NCBI GenBank assembly: GCA_017499595.2
Contig: CM039001.1
Location: 3,472,001 to 3,536,000, forward strand
DNA: 64,000 nt
Origin: Psilocybe cubensis
Taxonomy: Eukaryota
Reading direction: 5' to 3'
The notes beneath the pieces were generated by a model. That model saw only the letters and a list, made by a program, of their open reading frames with translations, had not been told where the DNA came from and ran no database searches. Position numbers and translations under genes: made by a program. Each line of letters begins with the position of its first letter. Within the stretch, counting starts at the first letter, position 1. Below, one piece after another: positions 49,916 to 63,923 of this stretch.

Positions 49916-52911
49916 CAATCCATGCCTTGCTTCAAAACCTCTTCAGGGTTTCGTCTATCGGCCTCGCCGCGCGCAACGCCAGTTTTTTCTAGCAACATGT
50001 GGCCCACCTTAGTCCATCCCACGCTGTTAGTTTCATCGAGGAAAAGGTGCGTGATAGGCCGTGACTGCTAGTGGGCTATGAAAGGAAAATTCCCCAAATC
50101 CTGGTAGGTAGCTAAGCAGTTGTACGGACCCAAAGCCATGTAACTTAGGGACTCCGATGGCATTCGCCGCTCCCGCACAAATACAACCGAACCGCCAGAG
50201 ACTTCTCCAGCAGACGATCTCCCTGGTACGGGAGACATTTGAGCCAAGAAGTTTATACAGGTTTTTTCGTCTGTTCCCACGGCGCCTCGCGGTGTGAAGC
50301 CGCTGGCGACCTGGCTCGCCTTCCGTCGTCAAGTTGAGCGTGGGTTTGCTATGGCACCAATACCCGTGTTTGTAGAACCACTTTGAGATACGTATTGTAC
50401 AGCAGGCTCACTCGGTACATACCTGTCTATTGCACTCTTGATTTCTGCACACCCTCTCTGCTTTATGAAACCACGCTCCAGAATCAGCTAGATTGCATCC
50501 TCCGTGTCTGTCAGATCGTCCACCTCTTGATTGTCTAGACATACAGCCCCTCTGTACACTGTATGCCGGAACACCTCCACTTCTGCAAATTCTTTGTGGG
50601 TGTGAGATGTGTAACGCGGGGTAAGCCTGCTCCATTTTACTCAGAAAAGCTGAGCGCTTCGCTTGTAGCGCTTCTGACACTTTATCGCAGCCCAACAGAG
50701 CGTGAACCTAGTCCTCTACCTCCACTCTGCAAAGCCTGTAAAGCCTATGGGGTCTATGGATCTTACTCTGCCTCCCATCTACATGTCTGAGCACTTCCAC
50801 TGCCGGCCCGTGCCCAGCACATATCAGACGCGTCAAGGCCAGGTAATGGTCAGGAACTGTTACTTGGGTGAGGTACAGTCGCATCTTGCACACCGCGCCT
50901 ATGGAACACAATCCGGGGCCCTGCCACCTGGCTGGTCAAACAAGATTTTTGGAAACGGATAGCTTGTCACATACGTCCCCTGACGCGACCCAGAGCGATT
51001 ACATCACGATCATAGTGCCTTGTTTATTGTCTGTAGTTGTGTTAAGATTCTTGTCATCCGAAGATACACTCAAATATTAAGAAAGTAGGTACAAACTCTA
51101 CGTAATCAATGGCCGACATATGGATTTAATTGCATTCCTCCGGATCGTTTTAGAGAGATGAGATAGTTTCCCAGCATATATAGAAGAAACGATGCCGGTC
51201 ATTGTATTTACAGGTTTTTACCTTTCAATAAAATGTACAGACGTTCTGGAGCAACTCGAAAAGAAGCGAGACGATCTTTATGTGATTTAAAGGCCTCAAG
51301 AGAGGAGAGGAACATAGACATTGTTCAACGAGCATTTGTTTACATAACTATCACTCGGTAAACAAACCTGTTATTCAAGACATGGATGTGTGCTTAGAAG
51401 CAATCCTCTCTTGATCAAGGAATGCAAGGTTTGCTGCAAGCTCGGAATACTTTGACAGTTTTTGAGGGGGTACTGGGTGATGGGTCGACTCAAATGACAA
51501 CCTTTCCTCAGATTCTTGTCTACTCTGGTATGAAGAAAGTCAAACAAGTTACAAAGTAATATTCAGCACAATTTTTGAAACCTACCCCATCGCTAGAAGC
51601 CGCGGAGTGCAATGCGAAACCAAATCTTTGATGATACACGCGACGACTACCATGAAGCTTTGCCATCTGCAACAATCGCCGTTGTATAAGTGATGGAGGA
51701 CGGGGCTATGAGAAAAGTTGAAGTTGGTTTAAGTGAATTTTAAACATATACTGTTAAACATACTTTTTTGTCAGTTGAAGAAGTCGGATGATCCTCAAAG
51801 CCGGCCCACTTTAGAGATAGTAAATTAGCAACGCTATACCATGGAGCAACAAAAACGGCGCACGTCAAATGGTGGATATGCGGGCAAGTATAGACGAGTT
51901 GGAGGATACGGAGGATAGACATTGAAGTCTATATCGAAGCGTGATTGGGACATCAGATAGAGATATTCTGCAGCCGTGGGGGGTGCATATCCCCTAGGCA
52001 TAGGAAATTGAGAGGGGGGCAAAGAAGAAGGGTCTGTAAAGAGTGGAAAAGGAGGGGGAGGGGGGGGATAGGTTCTAGGAGGAGTACCACATAGGTAATC
52101 AAGAGTCTGACAAGGCATCATGCCCTGGTTTACTGATTGATCCATATGAAGGTGAAGAGGCACCTCTCCCCCGTCCACTGATTGATGCCTGTGATGGGAC
52201 GACATGCTTGAAATTGAAGAAAACGGTAGGATTGTTTAAATAGAAAAAGCAGGAATGGCTACAGGTGCTTTCTGGCGCCGCCTCAGTGCAAAATAGCTAT
52301 GATGCAGCTTTGATCAATTGATTTCAGGATACTGTTTATGTTATTGACTTGCTTCGACCAACTGAAGAATCTCGAATCTCGTACGCGGCTGCCTTGAACA
52401 GTCTTATCTCAATTGAGCAGCGTGGGAATTATTGGAATCCAGGACGCGATTTCATTGGCTCATGATTCAATATCTCCAAAACGACGCGCCATTGGTCAGA
52501 TCACCTCGTTAACCTAACCTAACCTCTATGCGTGTGAATTTCTAGCACTTAAGTTTGACAGCAGGCTTTCTCACCCAACCTGCCTCATCCGTCCTCAATC
52601 GCTCGTAAAACCATACAGACATTCGGCTGTGTTGGAGTAAGGTCCGTGATAATCCTCCTTGTTGGGTGCATCGTGCTATACTTGTCCCTGCCTATCACTT
52701 CTTCCTCGCCCTGCCCGTCTTCATCCTTACCGTCGACTCTCGCGAGTTTAAGCACCTAATGTGCTTTTCAGGACTCGGGTATTTCGCCAGATGGTCATCT
52801 GGCATAATCAGTCTAGAATAAGCTAAAGAACCTAGCTTTACGTATATAGATCCCCTGAACAACTTTTTTGTTGTGCGAGTTCTTTTCAACTTGATCTCTG
52901 ACCACTCTAAA

Positions 52912-53583
52912 ATGAATGCTTCCCCCGACATGAAAATCCTCAGCTTTGAGGAAATACTAAAAATCGAGGCCGAAGTATTCCAACCATCCTCCCCCCATTC
53001 TTTCCACCCATTTTCCTGTTCAAGTTCGGGCACGGAGTCCGAAAACGCACACAGTGAAGATCAGTTTAATGCGCATATTAAGGCTACGGTGGAGATTACC
53101 AAATCCAGGTTGGAAAAATCGGCCCTAGCTCTATTTGATTTTGTCGTCGACCAAACGAACTGGGATATGGACTCAAACCTGCTTCAGCTGGGTGAGGACA
53201 AGATTTCGGAGGTGCAAATGTGGCATGAAAAGCTCGAGGTGAGTTTATGCCGATTCTGTTTTGCTACGGTGTCCTTACTTAAATTCACCCGTGCATAGAC
53301 ACCACTTCGGGACTCTCCAAAGTACACACCGATGCACTTCGCGTCTTATACAACAACCGCCTGGACATTCATCCACGAGATAGAGGTGAATACTCCATTC
53401 TCTTCAATAAATAAATAAATACCTATGTCTCGACTCAGAGTCTGCTAGCACAATACCAAGAATGGAAGGATAAAGTATCGCAGTCCACCCAAAACTCGAA
53501 ATTCCAGACTTCCTCCACAACTCCTGGCTCAGTTTCAGCAATTTTGCCAACTGCCGAGCCCAACAGCCTAGCTAGAGGATAAT
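52912..53583 (+). CDS. Hypothetical protein (multi-exon)
   Basis: ORF MNASPDMKILSFEEILK.. with GT-AG junctions near 53239 and 53387. Confidence 0.4.
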
Positions 53584-56342
53584 GGACATCAAGTGTAACA
53601 TCGTCGGTCGGGTTTTCACAGTGCCATATGAACCTCTCCACGTTCCTTCACCTCCAATTTTTTACAATTGTTAGCCGAGTACCCTTGAATCATGTTACTT
53701 TTCAAAAAATCAAGTCAAATCAAATGTTTGTGTTTTCATCTTCGTGTTGAGTGCGATTGTTTGCTTAATGAACATTTGTGGAGCGTAACCGCCTGATCTT
53801 GCGGTTCATTTGCGTAATACGATTGGCATGCCACTTACTACGGAAAATACGGCGCCGTAACTGGGATTACCTTCTATGTACTGTGCTCAATATATTTCCA
53901 TCTACCTTCCGATTCACACCCGGTCCGTCGACGACCAAATTGACAAGTGACTGAACAAAAATTACAGATTGTATATGGCGTTTTTTTGAGACGGCGGCAT
54001 GGCGGCGATCGACACGAAACCCTTTCAATTGGCCGTATGAACTCTGCGGTGCGTCCTCCACCTGCCCAGCCTCCTTTTCCCACCGCCCCAACACCACCCG
54101 CACGACGCGGACCTACGCGCATCCGCGTGCGACTTCACTCGTTACATGGTGGGCTGGCCTGAAACACCTTCACCTACCTGCTGACAGACATGTCTTGCGA
54201 CTCGGGTGTTTGGAGGTGCGTGCATGCTGAGGGACGTGCGCGAGTGGCTGAGAGATGCGCATGAACGTGCATGGTGAGGATGAGGATGAGGGTTCGAATC
54301 GTGTTGAGAGCGGTCGTGGTGATGGAGCGTGGGAATTATAACTTGTACCACAATTTGATCTCTTTCTTGGACTCATCGGTCTATACTGGATAGGGCTTGT
54401 ACCACTAAGGCTTGAAACAAGTCCCTGTCGACTTTCTCTGAGACAGTTTGTTCTGAAAATCAAGCTACACGGGCTACTTCGATAAGGCGGTCATCAGAAA
54501 GGTCTGAAAACTGTGGATTTTGCTTGAGGTGACATGCAATATAGAGTGAATGCGTGGGCGAGAGGTGGAAGATATCTATTAATCCGTTTTCTATGATTGT
54601 TGTTGGAAGTATTAGCAACGGCACGGTCCATCAGTTAATTGCGATTGGCTCTGAATGTTGATTGGCTCTCTAGTTTAGCATAACCAGAGTCAACCGATCC
54701 TGGATTCCCGAGTAAAAGCCTCAGAGTTTTGCAGGTCTTGAAGGCGGCAGATGGACCGGATCGCTAATGGCACGGGTCTAAACAGGATATGTTGGCGCGG
54801 ATAGGTTGGCCTCCACGACGTTCCACAGCTCGAAATACCCTTGTCGAGGATGTCGTCATTCTCGGGCTTCGGTACATGCTCACCTATTCCATTAACATCT
54901 TGATTACCTTGCAATTTTGATGTTCTTACTTAACCAAACCAACTCAATGAATGTCAAGCAAAATAGCTTCTCATTTTTGCCATTTTGACTCCTCTCATCA
55001 GCAACCAAGCTTTAGGCCCCCATTTCTAGTCACAGGTCTTCGCCTCATGCATGGATCACAGAGACTCGGAGCTTGGAGACTACAGGTCATAAGGTTGCCG
55101 TTGCATGCTCAACCGGCGCCCTTATCCTATATTGTGTGCGAAATTGGCGTTAAAGCGGAATTTGATAATAAGAAGCCTGTCAAGCATGTGTTGATAAGTC
55201 TAGAAAATGTGTGAGATACTAGACTAGTACTATAGCTGCAGAGCTTCTCGTTATAGTTGCATGGGTTGCCAAATGGTTCTGCAAAATTGTCAGGTGACTC
55301 GTGACAATTTATCGTATATCACCCTGTTTGCTCATAAAAACTTGCCAAAGTCGAAGGATGCTGGAGAGTTGGTGCGCTCTGCTTTGCGCCTGGTCAGGCA
55401 CGCAATTTTAGAAAGTAAGCGTTTCGCAACTTGAAAGAGCGATGTGATTATGTAGCCCTGGCACCCCTTTTGCCGAACGTTTTGTACTGGATTTTCCCAC
55501 AGGTAGACCGATAATGGGCCCAATGTAGGATTGCCCGTCGACGACGCTCTTCTTGGCTCTGTGTTGACTCTCACTATAACTTATAATACAGAGCTTCTGT
55601 TCGCCTTAACTTTTGTTCGCGCAAAAATACTTAGGGTCTGTCATCATCGGCATCCTGGATCACAGTGTGAATGTTACGAAATATCCTGGGTGCTTGTCCC
55701 CGCAGCTCAGGATCCTAAGAGAAGTGATGTGGGCCTAGATCAAACGTAAGATAAAGGCGGGTCTTGATTAATGATTTGTTAGGTTGGTCCCAACGGAGTT
55801 TTCTTCCGGATCGAGCTCCGCTACACTGCATTGCGCCAAACAGCTGACAAAGCCAACTTAGCTTTGACAGTTGTGTAGTTATGTGATTGTGATCCACACC
55901 CAAGAAGGGGGTTCATTTGAGTGTTTCGCGTCCCTTGATTTTTCATACCCTTAATCTCAACCCAAATTTGCCCAACTGTGCTTAACACCATCACATTTTT
56001 TCATGTCGCCGCAGCCATCCACTTATCATGGTCAAGTATTTTAAAGATAGACCTACTAAAAAATGTTTGAGTCGATTTAAACTTTTGTTTTTTTTTATAC
56101 AGGAGCAAGTTCTGATTTATGAACCTGTCGGGAAAGTTGGATTATAAGGTAGGACCATGAATTAGGCTCGGGGCTGCCGGACGGGGCTGCCTCGTCCGGA
56201 AAATACACTTAAGTTATAACCGACTCTGTACGGGAACAACACTATAACTTGGTACTGTATTTCTCACGCGCCGATGTTTCCCGCTCTTCCTTGCACATAC
56301 ATCTGTGTATCCGGTCTATAACTTGTTCCCACCAGTTAAGCC

Positions 56343-57582
56343 ATGGACTGTGTCGTTTGTCTTGATGTCATTGAACAAACAGGATTTTGTTTTCCTTGTG
56401 GTAGAGCACTTCCAATAGTTTCATTTCCACTGTGATTAACAATCGTGTTAGGACATATCTACTGCGAAAGTTGCATAAAAAATCACTGGAAATATAATGC
56501 CACGGAATCTCAAAGTCTCTTATGCCCTACCTGTCGGTATGAGGTGGCTCTACCGAGTACGTCAGGATTGGGTTGAATTCTATCGTGTTGTAGACCGATG
56601 ATGAGTTCCAGGAGAATCTGTGGATTGCATCCGGAAGGTTTTCATAACCAGCGTAGCCCGTTCGAAACACCCCCTCCCTTCGCCATTAGAGGAAGCATGC
56701 TTTGGCGAGATGCGCAATTTCCGGGAGGCCCTGGGCATAGTCAAGGAAGAGAAGGAAAAGGCTCTCAAGGAACTGGCTTTGATCCGAAAACACAACACTC
56801 ATTTGGTAGACTCACTCGATAAAAGTGTCGACTCGATAATGCTCAAAGACAAACAATTGAAGGATCTCCGATTTCAATTGGAACAAACGCGGGGGGCACT
56901 TGAGTGTGCAAAGATGGAGGCAGCCGTACGTCAAGCCTGCTCTGAGAATCGGGTCAAGACTCTGCGAGAGGAAATTGAAGCTCAGAAAGCCGACATTGAA
57001 GAACTTCGAGGTTCAAACGAGGATCTGAAGAGCGTAGTCCAAAAGCTTTCGAAAGAGGTTCGACACCAACAGGATCACATCGCTCTCCGATACATAGAAC
57101 CAGAGTCGGCGGAGAATCATGCTATGGAAGCATTGCGAAAGGCGATCAAGGAAAGTCAAGAGGCTAAACGTGGTAAGTATGTCTCTGTGGCCCGTGAACG
57201 AAGTCTCAATAACCTTGATGGTCATTCAGAGCGGCATCGGATCTCAAAAGAACGCATTTGCGCCATTGTGGATGTACCAACAGGTTTATATCACTCCTTG
57301 AAAACCAAGCTTCTCCCCGAAGGCAACTGCCTTTCAAACAAATCAATTTCAGACAAACCATCTCCCGCAGCTGTATCGACCAATTCCTCTAGGATACTGA
57401 GGAAAGGCAAAGTCGTCGAGCACACAGGCTTTGCATACCCAAAAGAACATACCGTTCCGGATTGCATTCCAGAGCGTAATGGGCGCCACCACTTTTCTGG
57501 GGCTGGAAGCAATGCACATTATGCACATTTCACCTGCAAACACTGCCACTTTCGGTGCAGGGAGCGCAAAGCTCTAGCATAA
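56343..57582 (+). CDS. RING finger plus coiled-coil protein with C-terminal Cys/His motif
   Basis: MDCVVCLD..FPC|GHIYCESCI..LCPTCR (C3HC4), long heptad region, C..HHFSGAGSNAHYAHFTCKHC; needs a weak-donor intron near 56638-56689. Confidence 0.75.
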
Positions 57583-59069
57583 TTTCAAAGGGTATCACTA
57601 ACTCAATCATTATTCACTGAATGCCGTGCTGATCACAGCTACGTTCTCATTTAGAGATCGATGTAGTATATTTTGTCCAATAGCTGCTGCAATAGTCGTT
57701 TGTTCATTGCAGTGTGGGTTTATCCCAAATGTTGAATGCAATACATTTTTTCCCGGCCTCACATTCATGGATTCATCCGCCGCCCGTCTCGTTGCTTGAA
57801 TTGTACTGCGCAACACGAACGCGTTTCTGTAAAGATGATTTGAGCGCAATATCCTTCAGAAATAGAGACGAGCAGCTTGTCTCTTGTCTCAATACAAAAG
57901 TACTCATTCTTATCGGTACTTTCGGCAGCACTGAACACAACCTCTGCCATGAATCTACCTTGAACGTTATATTCTGTCAGTCACTGACTCTTTTAAACTT
58001 TACAGTTACTTAACGAGTCAGTTCTACCTCGCCAAATGGCAATTGCATCGAAGCAAATGCGAATACAGCAGGGATACCGTGGAGTTGACACTGCGCGCTG
58101 ATCCCTGCTGCGCTGTGCTTACTCAAACCGAACTCATTAGCAGTTGGTACCCTCACAGCAACCGCGGCACCCAATAAAGTGTTGAGTGGCGATGGCGTTG
58201 TGGTAGAGAAAACCACAGCAGAAGATCTCCTGCTGCGTCACCTACTCTCGAACCGCTGCTCGAGCACCGCGGGAGAACAGCAACAACGGTGGGCTGCTGC
58301 CCACAACACCCTGCGTGGCGTTGTCAACACAAGGAGTAGCGGCAGCGGGGTAAAACGCACAACGTGCTGCACCGCAGGGCAATGGAGAGTGGTGGGGGCG
58401 GCTCAAATGCGACACCACACAACACTTCACTTCATTGGAGACGCAGAGCGGCAGATACGCAGGGTCGGTGAAGAGGGTTGCAGCGGCGGGTGGAGAGCAT
58501 GCCACGCAAATGTTGTGGTCAGCGTAGAAGGCAGCGGTGGTGATTTGGATGCCAGCACAGGCATAACGCTGTATGTCGTGGCGGGCAGCAAGGCTTCGTG
58601 TTAACTCTAAAGGCAATCAGGTGCAAAGTGTAGTGTAAATAGATATACAGAGAACATAAGTCAGAGACAAAACCACGCACCTATGGGTCTCCCTCTGCAG
58701 GGTCTCCCCTTGAGTTCCTACAACCCCACTTGCTAACTAGGACACTGCTGACAGCGTCGAGGCGTGTTGCATTACCAGGTGCCAGCAAGGCAGACAGTCA
58801 TTTGAACTTTGAAGCACCGCGCGGCGGCTTGTTTGAACATTTCGCATCGCCGTGTAATGTGTATCCATTGCAGCTTCGAGTAGTTGTGCTGTGTGGGAGC
58901 AACGCAAAGCTGAAGCGTCGAGGACAAGACAAACCAGCAGCCATGAACTTCTGGTTGTCGAGGGGGTGGGGGCCGGGGGTGAATGTAGTACAGACCAACA
59001 GCCCGAAGCTGCTGGACATTGGGAAGCCGCTCGAAGGTGCTATGCTGTTCAGTAAACTAAATAACATAA

Positions 59070-59297
59070 AAAGGTTGGGTAGCTGAGGCAAAGATTTAGA
59101 TGTTCAAGACAGGGCGCAGTGTATGTCCGTGCCCGAACATTCCTACGCCCGAGAAGACTGGACCAAAAGAAAAGAGGGAATGAAGACAGTAGGCGAAGAC
59201 TTACGAAGCGATCTGCGGCAAGATAAGATTGCAACCGAGACTGTAAAAGAGTGGCTGTAATGTTACATAAGTATGGACAGTCACTTGACAGGTGAGA
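59070..59297. repeat. Dispersed repeat, copy 2
   Basis: Aligns by eye with 36130-36445 in the same orientation. Confidence 0.85.
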
Positions 59298-59324
59298 AAG
59301 TAGATTAGATAAGTTTTCCAGATT

Positions 59325-61145
59325 CTACGATGACCAGTTGCTGGCTCGTCTTGCCGCCGCCGCCACCTTCCTCAACTTTGCCATTCGTGAGTTCACCCTC
59401 CATATTTTCTTAGTACCAATTGGGTCCTTCGGAATCTTAGCAGTTATGTGCACTTCAGCAGCGAAGACATGTGAAAGTATTTCTATTCCTATATACAAAT
59501 AGTCATATGAAGACTGAATCATACTTGTACTTATCATAGTTTAAGTAAGAAAGCAGGAAAGCATGAAAGTGGGTGGGGGGGGGGGGAAGCAAGGTACCAA
59601 AAATAGAATCTAAAATCTGACGGATTTCTGCTTATATCAGCGGCTACTGGCCCAACATTCAGATTATATGCATTCCAGAATCAGTGCACGTAAATTGGCC
59701 ATCTTTTGGCAGCGTGGACATTGTGGGACTACAAGGACGATGAGATAAGTTGTCGAGCAACTGGTTTAACAACTTGTAAAACCACTCACTGGCATCAATC
59801 TCAGCATTCCTACCCTCATTATTTTCCACGTTAACTAAAGTTTTTGCCGACAGGATTTGCGATCCGATGATTCCAGAAGACAATACTTCTGATACTATAA
59901 CCTTGAGGTCCCTTTGCAAGGTAAGGAGCTGATTCAACAAAGGCGACTCAGAAGCCATTGTTGACCACTCCAGACCATCAGAGGGAGCGGCTGCAGTGGT
60001 TGGTGAAACATAAAGCTTCCCTGCATGCTGATTATCGATGGGGGAGCTGGCGGCTATGGTAATGTGGGTAGAGTTGGGGTGCTGGCTGGTTATCTGTGTA
60101 TCCACGGCGATACTGGAAGATACGCTTGAAGAAGCAGAGGCCCGGGAGCAAAGGCTAGAGTCATATTGGTTACCACGTTTACGTTTCAACGGCCTCTCCA
60201 ATGATGCGCCATTGTCAAAGAGCTCAACGGCGGTGTTCTGTGTGGTAGAACGTGACTGCCCGTGCGGGCGAGTGACTGGTGAATCGCCTGGAATGCATGT
60301 CATTTGCGAGGAGATCGCCCGTGGCTGCGGCTGTGACGATACCACATGCGACGTCAAGAAGCTGCTTTGTGGTGGTGGAGATTCCGTCGATGAAACCGGG
60401 CAGTGAACTGGCTCTAAGGTTGAGACCCATGGTAGAGAGGATGTCGTCGGGGTGTGAAAAGTTGGCGACAAGCTTGGGATATTGGGGGTCGGCTGCTGTA
60501 AAGGGCCCTGCTGAAGAAAAGATAATGAAAGTGGTTCCATAACTACCTGCGGTTTAAGAGACTTTCGTCGTGAACTTTTAGAAGACCTTGACGACGGTGG
60601 TGGGGCTTTGAATTGTGGCAAAGATGGCGGGGCAAGGGGCCGTGGGGCAAGGGGCCGTGGGGCAAGGGGCCGTGAGGAAATGGGTGGTTGTGAGACAGTG
60701 TGTTGCGGGACAGTGGGCCGTTGAGATTCTGGTTCTTTGGAACCTCGCTCGTTGATTCGTGATGCTGGAGCTTGGGCCATTGGATTCTGGGGGCTCGATG
60801 CCGAAACTGTAACATTGGGTATCGAAGTCACTAAGATGTTGGGATGTGGGGGAAAGTCTAGAGCGTTGGATAATGAGGAGAGGGTCGAGCCATTGGGAAC
60901 ACTTGGAATTTGCGATGGAGCCTTAGATGTTGTGATAAGAAGGACGTGGGCTAGAAAGGACGAGAAGAAGAACGTACCGGCATTTTCTGGGCGTTGGGCC
61001 TGGGCAGCTCATGCACCTGTGAAAGGAGTGAATGATAAGTGGTTTGTTGGGGCCATGAAGGGGGGGAAGGATCATCTGCGGGGTAGCGAGGTGCGGGCGT
61101 ATCATGGTAAGCGCTCTCCAGCGATATTGGATTGTTTTTTGGCAT
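59325..61145 (-). CDS. Pro/Ser-rich hypothetical protein with (RPLAP)x3 repeat
   Basis: Exon 1 MPKNNP..KMP, intron ~60923-60977, long open exon, probable basic last exon; 15-bp tandem repeat at ~60629-60673. Confidence 0.55.
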
Positions 61146-62394
61146 TGAGAACGACCATTCATGCAAACTAAAACTGATTTCGCTCATTCTGGGGTAGGAC
61201 TAAATGAATGCCAATTTGTGTGAACGTTGTCAAATCAAAATGTTGTTGTTTGTTTGAAGGCTGAAACCTATCTACCAACCAAATATGCGCAAAGTCGTTG
61301 TTTCCAACATGATGTATAGTGATCGATGAACACGCCGACCGCACCAATCGGCTTGCTGCCACTGGGGTCTCCACGTTCTCAAATAGCAAGCTATCTACAA
61401 AATTTAGCAGACACTGTGCATTCTCAGTCAATCTAATTATACTTATGAATATGATAGAGTTGTAATAGTCTGTGATTGTGTATCACATAGATTTCCTAAA
61501 TATATGAACCATCGTACGTGAAATCAATTTGGCAAGTCTGTGGAGAAACTGGCTTACATTATTTTGATATTGTCAACATGAACCCCAACCACTCAAATCA
61601 AACTCGAAAAGGCGGCTTCGCCGCGATTATTTGCCATAATTGTGTTTACCGTTGCTTACTAGCGTCTGGCACCATCATCCCTGTCATCTATGACAGCACA
61701 ATTTTCATTGCTATGTCGCTTCCACATGATACTGGCCTTAAGGAACCTATCAGCGTCGCGCGAAAAGCAAAACCCATTAGACGTCGGATTCCATGGGTGA
61801 AGTTCGACGATTTGTCGCCTCCCACTTCGACGGACCCATCACTATTTATGGGAGCTGTTGCTCCCTTGTGTTGCTCGAGAGCAACACTCTACACGTAAAT
61901 GGATTAAAAATGGACAACCTACCTCGTTGAAAAATGTATAAGAGGTGACAGGATTGTTGGAAGAAGGTACAAAGTCCGCTGTGTATGTACCTTGAACATG
62001 GAGTAACCGGCTGACGTCAACTGGCATTGTCGACATGAACTCTCTCACCCTCCACCAATCTTGTACCAATCAATGCACCAAATATTCGTTGCTGTCAAAC
62101 TGTGTCAAACTGTTGGGCCATCCTATTGAGTAGCGCCACATCAACGATCAATGTTAAGAATAACTACTGCAATTCAGGGTGGCAACCAATAGTACACCGC
62201 CAGACAAAGAGGGTCGATCACAAAGGCGAATAACCAGCCCCATTTAATAACAAGGTTTCCTTGGTAGCTTGGTAGTCATTGTTCCACCACCGATGCAAAA
62301 ACAATAATTTGGCAAAGAGAGCAAGATGCGGAATACATTTGATAAACATTATAAGCATCCATGTTGGACGCCTTCATCCCCACTTCAATTACAA

Positions 62395-63923
62395 ATGCCA
62401 TTGCAGTGGGCGCGACCCTCCTTCCCACTCTGGGAGGATGATCCAACTCCATCTGACCTCGAACCTTTAGGACCTGCACATGGCACAGCGCCAGATTCCA
62501 ACGAGTAAGATGATGTTTCTTTTCTAAATCAGGACCCACATATTGATAGAAACCAGAGCAAATGCGATGCACGTAGACGCCGATCAGCACGAGGAGGAGG
62601 AAGTAGTGGTGGAGCTATCAGTAGAGGGGGGAGAGGTGGATGTGAGGATGCGGCGCCCACCTGCTGCAAAACGGGGCATAAAAAGCAAGGAGGAAAATGT
62701 AGTTCATGTGAGTTTGACCTTTTAAATTACGTCCAGTTATTCATATTCAACTATTTATTACAGTCGCTTATACGGGCGTTTCTTACCGACAAGAAGCTAA
62801 TTAAACAAGATGGTCAAGAAGATCACTGTAACGAGGATGAGATCAACCCCCTTCCATCTTTCCCTACCTCCCCCGATGATTCTACAGTAAAATCATTCAT
62901 GGCAATGCAAACTAATACGGGACCGCATCGACACAACCCATTGATCCTGTGGACCAGTCCGATGTCGCACCCATGGAACCAACAAGTGCTCTCTCATCTT
63001 CTCGACGACTTCCCACATTATGTCAAGGGAAAAAAGCTCCTCGAGTTAACCCAGTTGTTGAAAAAAAGTATCGGCGCAGACACCAACATATTGGAAATCC
63101 TAGACGCCATTGTGTCCCCTAGCAGTGTGAGGCAGATCCTGGAAAAGAAACTGGATGCCAGACGACAGGGAATGCAGGCTGCTATAAGACGGACCCACAG
63201 GATGCAGAGGCCCACGCCAATGTCTGTTCCACTTACAGATATCGAATTGCGTGCTCAAGTCAAAAAGCTCAAGATTGAAAATGATAGGCGCAACCGACGT
63301 AGAGAGCGAAGAAACATCGTCAGTGACGTTTTCTTTTTCTCTATCCTTTTTTTCTAACTTTATTGACAGAGGTATATTCGTCGCTTTGAAATCATAGAGG
63401 AACAAATAATGCTGGCGGCGGACGACGAAGCTCGTGATTTATGGCGGTCAATTCAGAAGTTCTATGCCCATTTCAGGAATGAGGATGTAAGCTCGGATGA
63501 ATCTGAAGGAGAATGTCGCCCACCGCTGGTTAAAGGTATAAGGCGTATCAGGCGGCATTGGATCTCCCCTGCCGTATCTGCAGTATGTCAACGTTTAGGC
63601 CTCTATTCGTCGGAGGAACTTAATTAATCATGCAAACTTAGGTTTTTCATTTCATCGACAAACACTACACATCGGAACATAGTACAGGGATGAAGAAGAG
63701 AGGGGCAGCGCCTTTGCCTCGTGATTTGGTGTCAACCACAGTGGATTTTCTTTCGAAGCCAAGGCCTGAACTTCCCGTCAATTTTTATTCATCCGAACTA
63801 ACGGCTGTGATCCTTCGTGGGTTGCGTCCCAAACCTGTGTTTCAAATCCCTCAGGTGAGATCTGTGACACTTCAGTGTTTGTACAAATTTGACGACTCCT
63901 AGATCCCTACTGGTGACCAATGA
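62395..63923 (+). CDS. Hypothetical 'SSDES' protein of a type I recall from fungal TE-rich regions
   Basis: HPWNQQV..LLDDF, RRNRRRERR, EDVSSDESE..RRIRRHWISP, LPR..P..LPVNFY; multi-exon. Confidence 0.65.

Noticed and set aside
50033-52205. Several short minus-strand ORFs
   Set aside because: I could not build a consistent spliced model or recognise a domain; possibly degraded genes
54289-54305. GGTTCGAATC as a tRNA T-loop
   Set aside because: No T-stem or cloverleaf pairing around it
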